From the NCBI GenBank assembly GCA_001179505.1, contig CDMY01000033.1:124001-188000 (forward strand): a stretch of DNA of 64,000 bases, written 5' to 3'. The translations under genes and the position numbers were made by a program. Shown one piece after another: positions 1 through 12,870 of this stretch. Each line of letters opens with the position of its first letter. Position 1 is the stretch's first letter. Under the pieces are notes generated by a model. That model ran no database searches. It saw nothing but the letters and a program-made list of their open reading frames with translations, and was not told where the DNA came from. The stretch comes from Vitrella brassicaformis CCMP3155. Taxonomy: Eukaryota > Protista > Chromerida.

Positions 1-1666
1 CGCTGACGACTCACACACAGACACGCGGCAGGCAGCTACAAGAAGCAACAAGTCGTTGTTTGCGTACTTGTAGACAAGCAGGAGGGCCTCTTGGTATGTG
101 TGAAGAATGGACATCTCCAAATCAAGGCCTGGAGAGACAGACAGACAGACAGACACACGGGCAAATTGGAACCATTCCAACCATCAAAGCACCCACATCA
201 TCACGAGTGAATTTGACGCACCCGTGAATTCACAGAGGTGCCGCCTCGATCTCGACTTCTCGGCCCTGAAGACGGGCCCGATCTCGAAGACTCTGTCGAG
301 GTCGCTGCTTATGGCCATCTGCTTGTACAACTGAGGCGACTGGGCAAGGCACACCTGCTGGCCGAAATAGTCAGTCCGGAACACCTCTACAGAGCAGACG
401 GGAAGCCCACATCAGACGCGCACCACGGAGGTGGGTAGGTGTGTGCATGTGTGTGCGTTGCTGCCTCGGCCATGGGATGCCAGGCCTACCTGCCCCTCCC
501 TCCGACTGTCCTGGTACAAGCTTGGGGCTGAAGATCTCTACAAAGCCAGCCTGTCAGTAGGATTAGTACACTCGTCAGTCACCTGAGGACGGTCGTCTTG
601 ACGCTTGTTCTTCTTCTTCTTCACCTGGATGAGTTGCTGTCGGAAGGCACTGGCCATGTGAGCCTTGACTCTCATAATGGCCTGGTTAGCGGGTGTCCTG
701 AGGTCCAGCCACCGGTGGTCCAGACGGAGGTCCTGACCAATCACAGGGATCGGACGCTCCGTCTCCTGCGATTCCATGACCTGATCAATCAATCCATTGT
801 GGTCAAATAGGCAACTCGCCGATGATGGATGGATGTGTTCCATGGCTGCTTGCGCCATGCACCTACCTCTGCCGGCGATCGTGCAGCGTCCCGGACACTG
901 AAGGGGAGCTGCTGTGTGCAGCTGGATACAAGATGCGCACTGAGGATCTGCAGCCAAGGAATCACACAGAGTCCATCGTCAGCAGCACATGCCTGCCTTC
1001 ACTGCAGGACGATTAGAGGTACTCACGTGGATCTCGACGTTCTTCTGAGTGCATGAGCTTACTCTTGCAGGTTTCACCGTCCCCTGCACGAGAAGGAAAG
1101 ATGAAGCGATACTGCGCGATGAGGGATGCACGCGAATGCGATCATATACGTCTGCGTCCCCTCACTCTGGTCGATCTCTCCGACCTCAGTCCCAGCGGGT
1201 GTCTGCCTACCTGTATGTCGATGATTGATTCCTCCGGAATGCTCTTGAGGAACTTGAGTAGCTCTTTAGATCTCTCGGGGTCTTCTGTGTCTTTGAAGAG
1301 GCATGCCTGCACTGTAGATCCTCCACTCTAACAGACACACCACATATGCACAAAGACAAGACGGTTCTTGTTGACAGAACGTCCCAGACGTGTCTGTACC
1401 TGCCGTAGGACAAGGAAGCAAGAGTTGCCTTTGCTTCTGAATGCATGGAGACGTCCCCTGACGTAGACTGATGACTCAGCCGCCACCTTGTCGATGTCCG
1501 GGACTCGCACATAAAGCTGGCTGTCCAACGAAGACCAGAGGGTGGTAGATCTGGGACTTGCTGCTGCCGAACGACGAAACGCGGGGGCAACGAACGCTCT
1601 GCTCAGCGGCAGCCAACACACAGACACTGCTGCACACACTGCTGCATATAGACACCGCTGCTGCAT
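1..1666 (-). CDS. DARS1: Aspartyl-tRNA synthetase, eukaryotic/cytosolic type, with N-terminal signal plus transit-like leader; 3' part lies outside the window
   Basis: Spliced exons 1666-1400, 1327-1211, 1084-1028 and further give the OB-fold [20 protein letters not shown] and ESIIDIQG, then [20 protein letters not shown], and the class II motif region [20 protein letters not shown]...[24 protein letters not shown]. Junctions checked are GT-AG. Confidence 0.93.
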
Positions 1667-1768
1667 GAATTCAGCCCCGGCACTACTTGCGAGCTTGGTT
1701 TGCAGATCTCTGACAGGGAAGTTTTTTGCGCGAAGAAGCAGAGGAGAGCCTCCTCCATTCATTCCAAG
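1667..1768. promoter_or_regulatory. Putative bidirectional promoter (102 bp) between AspRS and phosphatidylserine synthase
   Basis: Divergent ATGs at 1666 (-) and 1769 (+); inferred from geometry only. Confidence 0.5.
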
Positions 1769-4058
1769 ATGGAGGCTGCTAGGCAATGCAGGGATGTTGG
1801 GACGCAGGTGCATGTGCCTCCACGCGAGGTACGGTGACTGACACAGCTGCGAGGACGCGTAGCACTTGTGACGAATTCATTCTACCTGCTTCCTCTTGTC
1901 ACATTTCAGTATATCAGCCCTCAAGGTTCACGCTCTCGTCTGATGGAGATTCATGCACTCATTCTTCTGTTGTATGCATGCATGCAGTGTTGTTCTCGCA
2001 GCCTGACGATGCGTGGCCCGACTGGATTGAAAGGTAAAGGGTGAACCACACAGACGGGCCACACTGCCACGTTTGCATTCACTGACCCCTGTGCGTATAA
2101 TGCAGACCGCACACGATCAGCTGGCTGATGCTTGCAATCAGCCTCATCTACACGGCTTCTACTTGCATGGAGGCCTCTGACCCACCACCAGATACAAGGA
2201 AGAACGTCACTGCGTACGCCTTACAACCCACCACTCGAAAAGGCACGCGACAGATAGGCGAAGGCTTGTCTTTCTCTCTCTGTTCAGGGGTCTGCTCGCC
2301 GGTATTGCCATGTTCCTCGTATTCGCGATGGTCCAATTGCCGGACGGTATCCTCATCCGGCCCCATCCCGTCATCTGGCGGGCGGTCAAAGGCGTCTCTA
2401 TCCTCTACCTCTTTCTAGTGATCTTTCTCTTGTTCCAGGTATGCCATTTCACTGCATCGCTCCACCCGTGAACCTGGAACTGGGACGGTGCACACTGTGT
2501 GTCGGCGGGATGTGTGTGTGTGTGTGTGTGTGTGCGTGTGTGTTTGTGCATGTGCAGTCGCTTGACGATGTCCGTGTGGGGCTGAAGTTCGTCGATCCAA
2601 AACTCGGTTGGCACCCGAGCACTTACCCATGCAGGCAGTTTATCCACTTCCTGGTCCGCAGGCGTTCCTTTACCGGAGAAGAACTACGCGGAAGATTGCC
2701 GCCTTTACACTCCTGACAGCGCTCATTCTCGCTGGGCCAACCTGAAGGCAAGATCGACGGACGCCCAACGTGTCTGCAAGTGACAGCATGTTGTCTTCAG
2801 GAGCAGCTGGACGTCTTCGTCGTCGCACACCTGATCGGTTGGCAGGACCACACACACACACACGAGCGCACAATCACACATGGAATGCGAGTGTCTCCGT
2901 GTTTCCTCCCGTCCTCTTCCTCCTTTCTCCCTGTTGCGTCTCTTAAGGTTGGATGGTGAAGGCTTTGATCATACGCGACTGGTACCTGCTTTCTGCACTC
3001 TCTATCGCCTGGGAATGGACCGAAATCACTTTGAGACACGTGTTGCCCAACTTCTGGGAGTGCTGGGTAAGTAAGAAAGAGAGGTGTTCAGTTTGTTTTG
3101 GTGTGCATCGTATCGGTGGCTGTCCCCCTCATCGGTTACCCTAGTGGTGAGCCCTTACTTCCCTTATGCATGTGTGGGGCAATCCATGGTATTATCTCCA
3201 GGGACCACATCATTCTCGATGTGATAGGCTGCAATGCCGTCGGGATCTACTTGGGTCTGCGTTTATGTCGCTTCTTCAAGGTCAAAGTACGTGGGGACAC
3301 AATGTCAAGAGCGGAAACTATCCGTCTCTGTTCGTATCCTTCCTGCCATTTCCGTTGCAAGGAATATAAATGGGTCATCCAGAGTCCGAAACGACGGCTT
3401 TTTGCGAAAGGGCTGCTGTCGCGTTTCCTCCCCTACGCCTGGTAAGACACTCTGCTGACGCTTTTCTGAAGTCTCCCACGATCGCACCTTGTGGCTCGAC
3501 CATCAGGACTGATTATCACTGGCCGGGTTTCCTTTCCAATTTGGAAACCTTTTGGGGCCTCGTCCTGTATGGTTTTTGCGTGACTCTCGTGGATTTGAAT
3601 GTGTTTTTGCTCAAGAACCTCCTGTGGCTGCAGCCACATCATTTCCTTATCGTCCTCAGGACAGCTTTGTTTGCTTCTGCATGTGGTAAGCATAAAGCCA
3701 GACAACCAGGTCAGCGAACGGCCAGCACCAATCTCTTTTCTCTTTTCAGCGTCAGCGACACGAGAGTTCTATGAGTATCTGACTGACAGGTGGAGGAAAC
3801 GAAAAGGGCAGCATTAAGAGCCAACTCGAATATCTGTTTTCATTCAGGAACTGCACGCGATTGGGAATGCAGTGTTGGCTCACTATGGCCATGTTGTCCA
3901 CGGAGCTGCTATTGGTGTGGAAGTGGAGAGGGGGTTTTGTCGTAGTTGAGTCGATGCCTTGGCCCATAGCTGTTGCGAATGGAGGCTTGTTGTTTGCTGC
4001 ATGTATGGTCACGCTAAGACTCTCTGTGTTTCGCGCGTCTCATGAAAAGACTGGATAG
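1769..4058 (+). CDS. PTDSS2: Phosphatidylserine synthase (base-exchange type, PTDSS1/2 family), multi-exon
   Basis: Exons encode ERPHTISWLML, RHPAIWRAVKGVSILY, KALIIRDW...LSIAWEWTEITLRHVLPNFWECW, DHIILDVIGCNAVGIYLG, ATREFYEYL and IGMQCWLTMAMLSTELLLVWKW; TAG at 4056-4058. Start at 1769 is inferred. Confidence 0.92.
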
Positions 4059-4130
4059 ACGATATTCACAATACATGGCGCAGAAGCACTTAATTGTCGA
4101 CATCGCTACATGCACTCCTGCTCGGTAGGC

Positions 4131-7100
4131 CTAGCTACTTCTAGATCGAGTCTCGGTCTTGTTAGCGTCCTGGAGCCACGACAGTATGAGCGTCCTGAGA
4201 TTGAGACGAAGCTCGGCCACCTGCAATAGCCACAGATTGTGCAGGACAGATGAGTTCCTTTGTCGTGTTCACGATTACCTTCGCATCCCTGCACTGCTCA
4301 ACACAAATAAGGTCACATAGGGCAGGCAAGAGATCGTCCATGTGCTCCTGAAACTGGCTGCGATCAGCATCAGACAGACCAAGCAGGATCTGCTGTGCCA
4401 CTATGGGCGTCAAGCCAGTAAGCTCCCTCTCCGTTTCCAACTGAAAAATATAGACAGCACATCGGTCAGGATTGAGCAGCTCGGTCACTCTCCTGCCTTT
4501 TGTAATGCTGCGGATGGTGAGAGAGATGTAATGGCCCGTGCTGCGTGAAGCATCTTGTCCATGGCGATGTAATCCCGCAGAACAGACCTTGACAAACAGA
4601 GAAAGGTGCGCTAAAACACATGTACCCAAAACCAGACATGGCACTTTTTGAACCTGATCAAGCTCGTGAGCTTTTCGACGATAAACGTTCGCAAAGGAGC
4701 AGCCGCAGTCGACCTGCACTTGGCAGCGCAGAACATGATCCTCAAGATGCTCTTCAACCCCTCCCGCTCCTGCTTTAGAAGTCCAGGAAGCTGCTTCAAT
4801 TCCACCATGAAGCCCCGTTCCTTTAACTGCTGTCTCCACTGCACCTGAAGAGTCACCGGAAAGTGTCATGACAGTATAAAGATGATGTTGTGTACTATTT
4901 CTAGCGACCTTCCGATTGAATTGGCTTGCAAAGGAAAACGAGAAAAGAAGTGAGTCGAGCAACCGTAGCAGACACTCGCCAGGGAGACAGTCCACGTTGG
5001 GTATTGACACCTCCTGGACCAATGCAATGAGCTCAAGCTGAACGATCGAGCGGGTAACAACTTCCTGACAGTCAAAGCCCAACGGCGTCGACGATGTTTC
5101 CTGAACTGGAACAGACGAAGCCTCCTGTGCCTCGGGGGAAGGTAAATCTGGAGGCTTCCCTCTCCCAAAGCCTGCAAATGTTAGCAAGCTTCTCCTCTTC
5201 TCCGACGGTGCCGGCTTCTCTGTCGCTGGCGAATCAGGAGGCGTTGTCGGACCAGATGAAGGGGGAGGAGGGGGAGGGGGCGGCTTTGGGGGGCTCGGGC
5301 TGTGGCGAGGTGCCGAAGTATGCCCTCCTGACGGTAGAGCCTCGGAAGGCTCGCTTTGGCGACTCCTGCTCGTGGGAGGCTGACTTCGACAATCTTTGCT
5401 TGTTGTCTCAGTTCGAGTGCTGTCCTCCAGCGACGTTTTCTCGACGAACTCCTGAAACTCGGCTTGGAGAGATCCAGGCTCTTCAAACTCCTCCTCTGTT
5501 TCAAGCAGTTGCCGAGGAGTCGTTGCTCGGAACAGATCCTAAAAGAAGCGAAAAGGAGCGATTTGCATGTGACAATGCCATAGGCGCTCTCTTAAACCTG
5601 CAGATTTTTGCTGACATGAACCCAATGGGCTGCGTTGAATTTGGATCCAGACAGCCTCAGTAGCCGCCGGAATGCCTCGACACCAATCCGCGCGATGATT
5701 TCAGTCGGCTGTTCCGCGGAGGAAACCAGCAGAGTGAGTACGTCCCCAAACTCAAAGTTAATGGTCTCGAAATGCCGGTCAAACAAAACGATGACGTGCT
5801 GAAGGGCCGCAAAGCACGTTGATGTGGCGAATTGTTGGGGAGGATGATGCAGAAACGGCTGCAAAGAAGGCTTCTCTTTTCCTTCGGCATCGGGTGTACT
5901 CGCCGGCTGGCTGACCAGGGTCCCGGCTTGTTGACCGGCTTCGACGTCCTTGGTAACAGTTGATGATGAGTCTGCCCTCGTGGGCCAGGTGGCGCCAAGC
6001 TGGACTCGTAAGAACTCGCCCCCGTGATGGATGTCGTCCATGAGTGGAAAGAGTATACCTGAAGACAAGAAAAAGAGGAATTAAAAATAAAAGGGAGCGA
6101 CGGCTGCCTTGGTACCTCTGAAAGCCATCTGCCATGTGTCCTGGCCAAAAAAACGACTGCCGTGGCGATCCAGGACGTCAAACAACACGTCTAGAGCGAA
6201 TCGTCGAACCCTTGTTCTCTTGTCGCTGAACGAGGACATGACATCACTTGGTACAAATCTAAAGGCTACATACCTGACTAAAGACGATAAAGACGAGAGA
6301 AGCGGAAACCAATAGAGACTAACGGCGTCCTCCACTGCCTTTTCCGCCTTGATTTGACTGCCTAGCTTGTCAGCGACACTCTTCATCAACTCAATCGCCT
6401 GACGACATGCAGCATGCAACCAAAGGAGCAGAATTTGTAACCATCTCTTCTCTCTTTCCCACCCTGATCGCCACTTCAGAATCTGCGCTGCAGGCAAACG
6501 ACGTAAGGACTTTCACCGTCTCCGAGAAGTTCTCGATCAGCGTCTCAGTGTTCGAGTTAATGGCTTCAACGACAGTAAGAGACTGCTGCACTAGATTTGG
6601 ATTCTTTTCATGCGCAGCCGAGTTTAAAATCCGAAGGATGAGCATCCAGCCGCTCTTGATGTTCCTCGCCCGCATCTGTGAGCCAAGAGAAGACGTAAAC
6701 CAAGCTTTCTCCGGGGATGGCGGCTCACCATAACCATGTTGGACATGATCTGCACGATGAGCTCCTTGATCTCACTGCTGGTTTGGCTGTTACTCATCAC
6801 CATCTGCAGGAATGGAATACGGCATTAGTAATTGCCATTTAAAGCATGGAGTGCGCTGCAGACCTCGAATGGACGAAGGAATTCCACTTGAAAGTGGTAA
6901 TTACTGAAGAACAGGACAAAGCGCAAGGCACGAAACAAGTTTGGCGTATCGGTTCCCTCTTTTTTTGCAGACCTCAGCTCGTCCTTCTCCAAAAATTTCC
7001 ATGCCAGCTGCCTCAGTGAATCGATGACATACATGCACACTTGGCGGTTGTGATGCATGGCAACCTGTGCATACCCGAAAGCGAATCAAGCGCAACATCC

Positions 7101-10100
7101 AGTCGCAACCGTACTGCCTTTTCAGCAAACCTCTGCAAAATGCACTCGGAGCACTGTCCAGATGCGGTTCCATACCCATCTGGTGTGACACCAAGCAGGT
7201 GTAAGACATAAGATTAGTAAGTTCTCGATTCCGGAATCGAGCACGTACCGTATTCTATTCATGTTCCCGCTGGCCACTTCCACGAGTTTTTGTAGAGCGA
7301 AAATGCGAGGCTGCTCGTTTGAGAGCTCTTCGATTGATACTGCGCAAAGCTGAGTGACGAACTGGACGATCTCGCCCGACGATAGAAGGACTGATCTGCT
7401 GAAGAGCCGTTCGATGGCGGATGTATCGATCTGCGAGTACATTTACAAGACAATGATTGTCGGCGCATCTTCGTGTCCATGATTTCCGCACCTGTGCCAT
7501 CACGTTTTCCGCGTTCATTTGCTCAACGGCCTGTGCATCATCGCCGGTGAATAGAATGTTGTACGACGCAGCTGAATCCAGAAAAAGACACTCTAGAGTG
7601 GCAAAATGTTAAGATGAGCTCTCTCCACCTGTCGTGTTGCTGGTGTGGCCTTGGTGCAGCTGATGGGTGAAGCGCGACGGGATCTGGGCTTGGGAGTGGC
7701 TGCCAGCGCTGGTCGGGCTCTGGGAAGAGAAGAAGAGGAAATCCTCCTTTCCCTTTTTCTGCTGAAGCCGTTCCAGTTGACTGATGCACTGCAGCAGGGG
7801 CAGCCACGAGTGCCCTAGGTTGTTGCCATCGGCCAGACCAATGGACAACAGGGTCTTGATGCACTCAATGTTCTTCCCCTTGATCTCCTTTAATGTTGTG
7901 AGATATGTGAACTTCGCCAAGGAGCTTACGAAAGACTCCAATTCGACAGGCATGTCGAACCTGAAAAGCCAACAAAGGCAACTATAGTCCATTTCACATA
8001 ACATGTTGCTGCGAAGGCCACCTCGAGGCGATTCTGACGCAGTGTTTGAAGCCTTCCAGACATCCTTCGACAGTCAAGGAGTCGTCCTGCGTCTCTAGCA
8101 GCACGCTGAATGTCGCTAACAGTGGCCAACACGCCACCTCGAAGAGAAACCTGACATACTCGACCGTTTCCGCAGTGGCAACGATGTACGGCGACTCCCT
8201 AAGAGGCAGCGACAGCGGTAAACGGGTGCATCGCGTACACTTCTTTCTCTACGGCGTACTTCTTTTTTTCCTTCTTCTTGATCAGTTCTGTCGATCGCGT
8301 GACGATTCCTCGTGTCTGATCAGATAGACCGGCAGACAGACAACACGTACATATCTCCCTTTCTTCTTACTTCTCTAAGGAACAACTCAAATTTCTTGCG
8401 GCCAGCAGCTGTCATGGATTCCATCCGGGCCTTCGCGCCTTGGTCTTCCGGCAATAGCCACTCCTCAGACACGACACGATCGTATAGCGTCTCCAGGTAC
8501 TCCTTAGGGAGATCTTGCGAGTCGTTAATGCCTCGGTTGTTGCTACGCGGACATACAGATGCGCATCGAGCAATTTGTTGGTGCGAGTGACCTCCAAATT
8601 CTGCACTAACCGAATGAAATCTTCCTGCAAGAACACACGCACAGCACCCTACTGACAAGTCTTAGTCAAGGCATGCACGCATCAGTCGCAGACCTTGGTC
8701 ATTTTGTTCTCGGGCCGTATCTGCGAACTGTGTGCGTCCGTGTGCAACATGATCAGAGAGAACGAGAGCACGTAACACGAGTCGGCGTTCGCGAATATTT
8801 TGTCCGGGTTATCTCGAATGTACTTCTCTGCAATGTAAGACCACAACTGCGGAACGTTTTGCGAATGACTGTGCCGCCTCACCTGCGAACTTCTCCATCA
8901 TCCTGTCGATTTTCTGCGCCTCACCAGGCAACCGGAAGCTGGATATAAAGCGGCGAAGAGCCAGGTCAAGCTCGAGGCCCTAAAGTTGTTGACGAATAAA
9001 GATCGATGAGCCATTCTGGCTGGAAGAACCTCACCGCAAAGTCTTGAAGGTCTATGCAGAGCGGCAAGGGAGCTGTGTCTTTCAAAAGCTTCTTTCGATT
9101 AATCAGCGCAACTTACCGATTAGTGCATACAACACCTTCTGGTTGAGGCTCTTGTCCTCGCCGAGGTAGTCACCAATCAGGGTCTTGTCGAGTCCCTCCT
9201 GGGTTAACAGGAATCTCGCAATGGCCTCAGGATCATCTTGGAGTTGTCCTGTGCTGATGAGGTACTCGATCCCTTTCTTGGGCTTGATGTTGAATTTGGC
9301 TATCGCCCGTTGGAGTTGGGCCTTCTTGAGACGCTGCTGATACACCTGGAGGAAAACGGTGCACGTCCGACGAAAGAGGCCTCGCTCTATCGCTCAGGCC
9401 CACCTGCGACGAGGACGCTGACCCTGCTGCTGCCTGAGCCGTCATACGGTCTTTTTCGGCTTCACTCGCAAAGTCGTCCTCCTCGGTTTCCTGTTCCTCT
9501 AAGTGGCTTGCCGGCTGCTCTGCATCTTCTGTCGCCCGTCGCACCCAATCAACCACGGAGCCCATCAGTGTAACAAGAGCCTTTAGGGCCACCATTTGCA
9601 GTGCCGCCTGCTGTTGCGGGAGGATGAGGTTCGTGTGCTCTGTGGACGTATACTTTCCCTGCGCGAATAAGCAAGGACGCAAGAGAGCGACCCTTCTNNN
9701 NNNNNNNNNNNNNNNNNNNNNNNNNNNNNNNNNNNNNNNNNNNNNNNNNNNNNNNNNNNNNNNNNNNNNNNNNNNNNNNNNNNNNNNNNNNNNNNNNNNN
9801 NNNNNNNNNNNNNNNNNNNNNNNNNNNNNNNNNNNNNNNNNNNNNNNNNNNNNNNNNNNNNNNNNNNNNNNNNNNNNNNNNNNNNNNNNNNNNNNNNNNN
9901 NNNNNNNNNNNNNNNNNNNNNNNNNNNNNNNNNNNNNNNNNNNNNNNNNNNNNNNNNNNNNNNNNNNNNNNNNNNNNNNNNNNNNNNNNNNNNNNNNCGC
10001 CCCCCCCCCCCCCCCAAGAAAAAACACCTTTCAAACCTGGGCAATCCTGCTAAGACATTCGATAAGCCGCGCGAAAATGTCGGTCTCGCCCACACAAGCA

Positions 10101-12870
10101 TCCCAGTTGAGGAAGAGCTCCAGAGCTATAGTCGCGTCCGTGCAGAGCTTGTAAAAGACCTGAAAGGGGAGGAACCAGAGGGCCGTTCCCACCACTGCCG
10201 TTCCGTGTTTCGTTTTCGAACTTGAAGAACGCGATGCTTGTGCTCAAAAGAAGAGTTGCCGCTCTCCAGAATCTTCACTGAACCAGAGACCATTCAAGTT
10301 TCTGACCTATCAGGGGGCTCTGGGGGCTCTCTCCCGCATAGGCATAGCTTACGGAATATCTGCAGATCATAAACGGCAATACATTGAAATGCGCAGAGAT
10401 TTCGGCTACTCTTACCTGTTCCACAAAGACTCCGATTTCGGTCCGCAAGTGGTCCTATTCCAAAAAAAAGGCAAAGGTATTATCAAGTTAGCGACGAGGA
10501 GCAAAGGTACTTTGAAGTTAGCGACGAGGACCTGAAAATAGAGACATACATCTCACGTCCTGAAGTAGCAAGAGTTTGGTTTGAAGCTGCATTCAGCCCC
10601 CCCAGCTTACCAGAAAGATGGAAAGCGATAAGCCAAACACCCGAGGGATGTGCGACACCGAGTTCTTCACTAACGAGAAGCAAAGCAGATTCCTAAGCAC
10701 TTGCAAGAATCGTTCGGAATTCTTGAAAACAGGTCCCGAGTTCTGAGACACGGACACAAGAACGTACCAAAACGCACCTCACCACCTGTGTCCTCACCTG
10801 AAGCATGGACAGAATCAGCTCGAGGGACAGACGTTTCGACCGAACTATTCGCTGGTCGGGCTGAGTTGTGGGTGCCATCAAACCCATGCCCATCCCAATT
10901 GAGGCCTGTTGTGGTTCCGGGATGTCTTTCATCGAAAGCTTGCACAGGGACTGGAAGACCATGAGGGCGTCCTGGACACACGTACATGGATGCCGCTTAT
11001 TCGTGTTCGTGTCCGCCTGTGCACGTGTGTACGTGCGTGTGTCTGTCCCTCTTTCCGTGACCGTCTTCCCCAGTGCCCTCTGGTGTTTCTTACCCGTTGA
11101 TGAAGGCTCATGATCATCTCCCTTTCCAATGCGCCCGTTGGTCGGCCGATGTGTGGACGCGGGGCCATGCTGAGTCCCTCGACGCGGACTTCCAGCTCTG
11201 TCTCTCCATCGCTGGCCGGAGAGGGGGTCGGCGAAGAGGTCTGTACCCCACTGCGCCCATCGCACTCGACCCCGACGGCCTTCTGTAGTTCGGGTGTCTG
11301 CCTCTCCGCCGCCGGATGGAGGAAGGCATCGATGCTGTTCAAGCGGTAGAGGTTGGTATGCTTGCATGCGTGGGAACAAACAGGATCCTTCGTCTCAATG
11401 CAGTAGTGCTTCGCAGGGCGGCGGCAAACGATGCACCAACCTGGACGCACAGACGGACGCCATTCAAGGGAGATAACACACACATGCGTCTGTTACCGAA
11501 CTTCCCGCAGGGATAGCCGAGCTCGTTGAGGAGTGGTCTCGCTCCTTCGCTGGCTGCTGCCTCCCCCACGCCCTCGCCTGTCGGTGTTTCGCCGTCCGCT
11601 GCGGTTCCGGCAGCTTCTGCTGTTGGCGGATTCGCTCGACAGACATCGTCAACGAGCTTGGTCAGGTGGGAGCGAAGCCACTCATTCAGAAGCAGCTCCG
11701 GATCGGGCTGGGGTGAAGCATCGCCTCCCTCATGCAAGACATCTCCGACTGGGCGCTTGAGCGGCTCCCACACCAGTGGTGGCTTTGCCGAGGACGAGAA
11801 CTCCATCCGGCTCATAACGACGTTGAGCATTTGCGTAAGGGATGCCTGGGCCGTCCGCTGGTTTTGCACGTCTCGACTGTCCCTGTGTATCTGGAATATC
11901 GTCTGGACCGCCTTCATGAGGGAAGGGCCGTGGACGTGGTTGGAGCCGACACCAATACTGATGTTCATGTTGGTGCCGAGGCTGACTGCGCCGGGGATGC
12001 CCGTCGTGCCCGCTCCTGTTCCGTTGATGACAGTCCTGGTACTCCTGTCTTCGCCCGTGTCCGACGATGTCAGAAGCGGCACTGTCGGGGCTGTGGTCGT
12101 GGTCGTGACCGCCGTGAGAAGGCAGCGGATGATCTGGAGGTGCACGGCGTCGTCTTGCAGCTCCGAACACGCGCAGATGACCTTGACGACCTTGTCAATG
12201 AGCAGAAGAGGGGCCTCATGGCCCCAGCCATGTCTGCTGCGATCACCCTCTGCTTGATGGGCGGCTGCGGCGCTGCCATGCTTGCCATCCTTCTCTGCTT
12301 CCACGTCCGCAGGCTTCTCCTTCAGCGGGCCAGAGAAGAAACCGTACACCAACAGCTTCTGAGGCAAGACAATCAGTGACAGACCGGCCCGACAGTCAGT
12401 CAAGCAGCTAGTAGAGACTCACTTGGATCGAGTCAAGAGCGATGAGGACCAGCTTGACCGTATTGCTTTCACATGCCATCTGGAAGGGCTTGAAGAGGTC
12501 CTCTGCACTTGCATAGAGCTGCACCGACAAGGCTGACATGACGGCACCGCTCGCCTCGCCAGCCGGCGCGTCCCTCTCCCCCTCTTCCTCTCCTGCGGGC
12601 CGGCCTTCATCGGTGAGCTCCTCTTCAAGTGCCTTGAGCCTCTCCAAGCACCTTTGACACTGGATTACAGCCAGGCAGACCAATACACACACGCGGATCC
12701 ACAGGATGCCTGCTGCCTGCGTGAGTACCTCATCCCGCAGCTCCTTCTGCCGCCGGGTGGCTAACTTCTGAAGGGACGAAAAGGTGCTCCTGCAACACAA
12801 GCAGAAAAACCAAGCTTATTTCAATCTTATTTTGCTCCCCTGCTTCTCACTTGAGAATGGATAAGGCCAT
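4131..12870 (-). CDS. SEC7: Large Sec7-domain Arf guanine-nucleotide exchange factor (BIG1/BIG2/Sec7 class), many exons including micro-exons
   Basis: DCB region ([11 protein letters not shown]...[37 protein letters not shown]), HUS region ([18 protein letters not shown]), Sec7 motifs [18 protein letters not shown] and [16 protein letters not shown], and HDS regions ([27 protein letters not shown]). ATG 12870 (MALSILK); TAG ends at 4131. Confidence 0.95.
9698..9997. other. Assembly gap (300 N) inside an intron of the Sec7 gene
   Basis: N run next to a C homopolymer; the flanking exons (…LSRIAQ / GKYTST…) join in frame. Confidence 0.98.
10471..10530. repeat. Two-copy 30-bp tandem duplication across an exon/intron boundary
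   Basis: gcaaaggtattatcaagttagcgacgagga followed by gcaaaggtactttgaagttagcgacgagga. Confidence 0.85.

Noticed and set aside
9233-10154. Long ORFs containing X runs (also 45091-45963 and 50036-50881)
   Set aside because: These are artefacts of translating through 300-N gaps.
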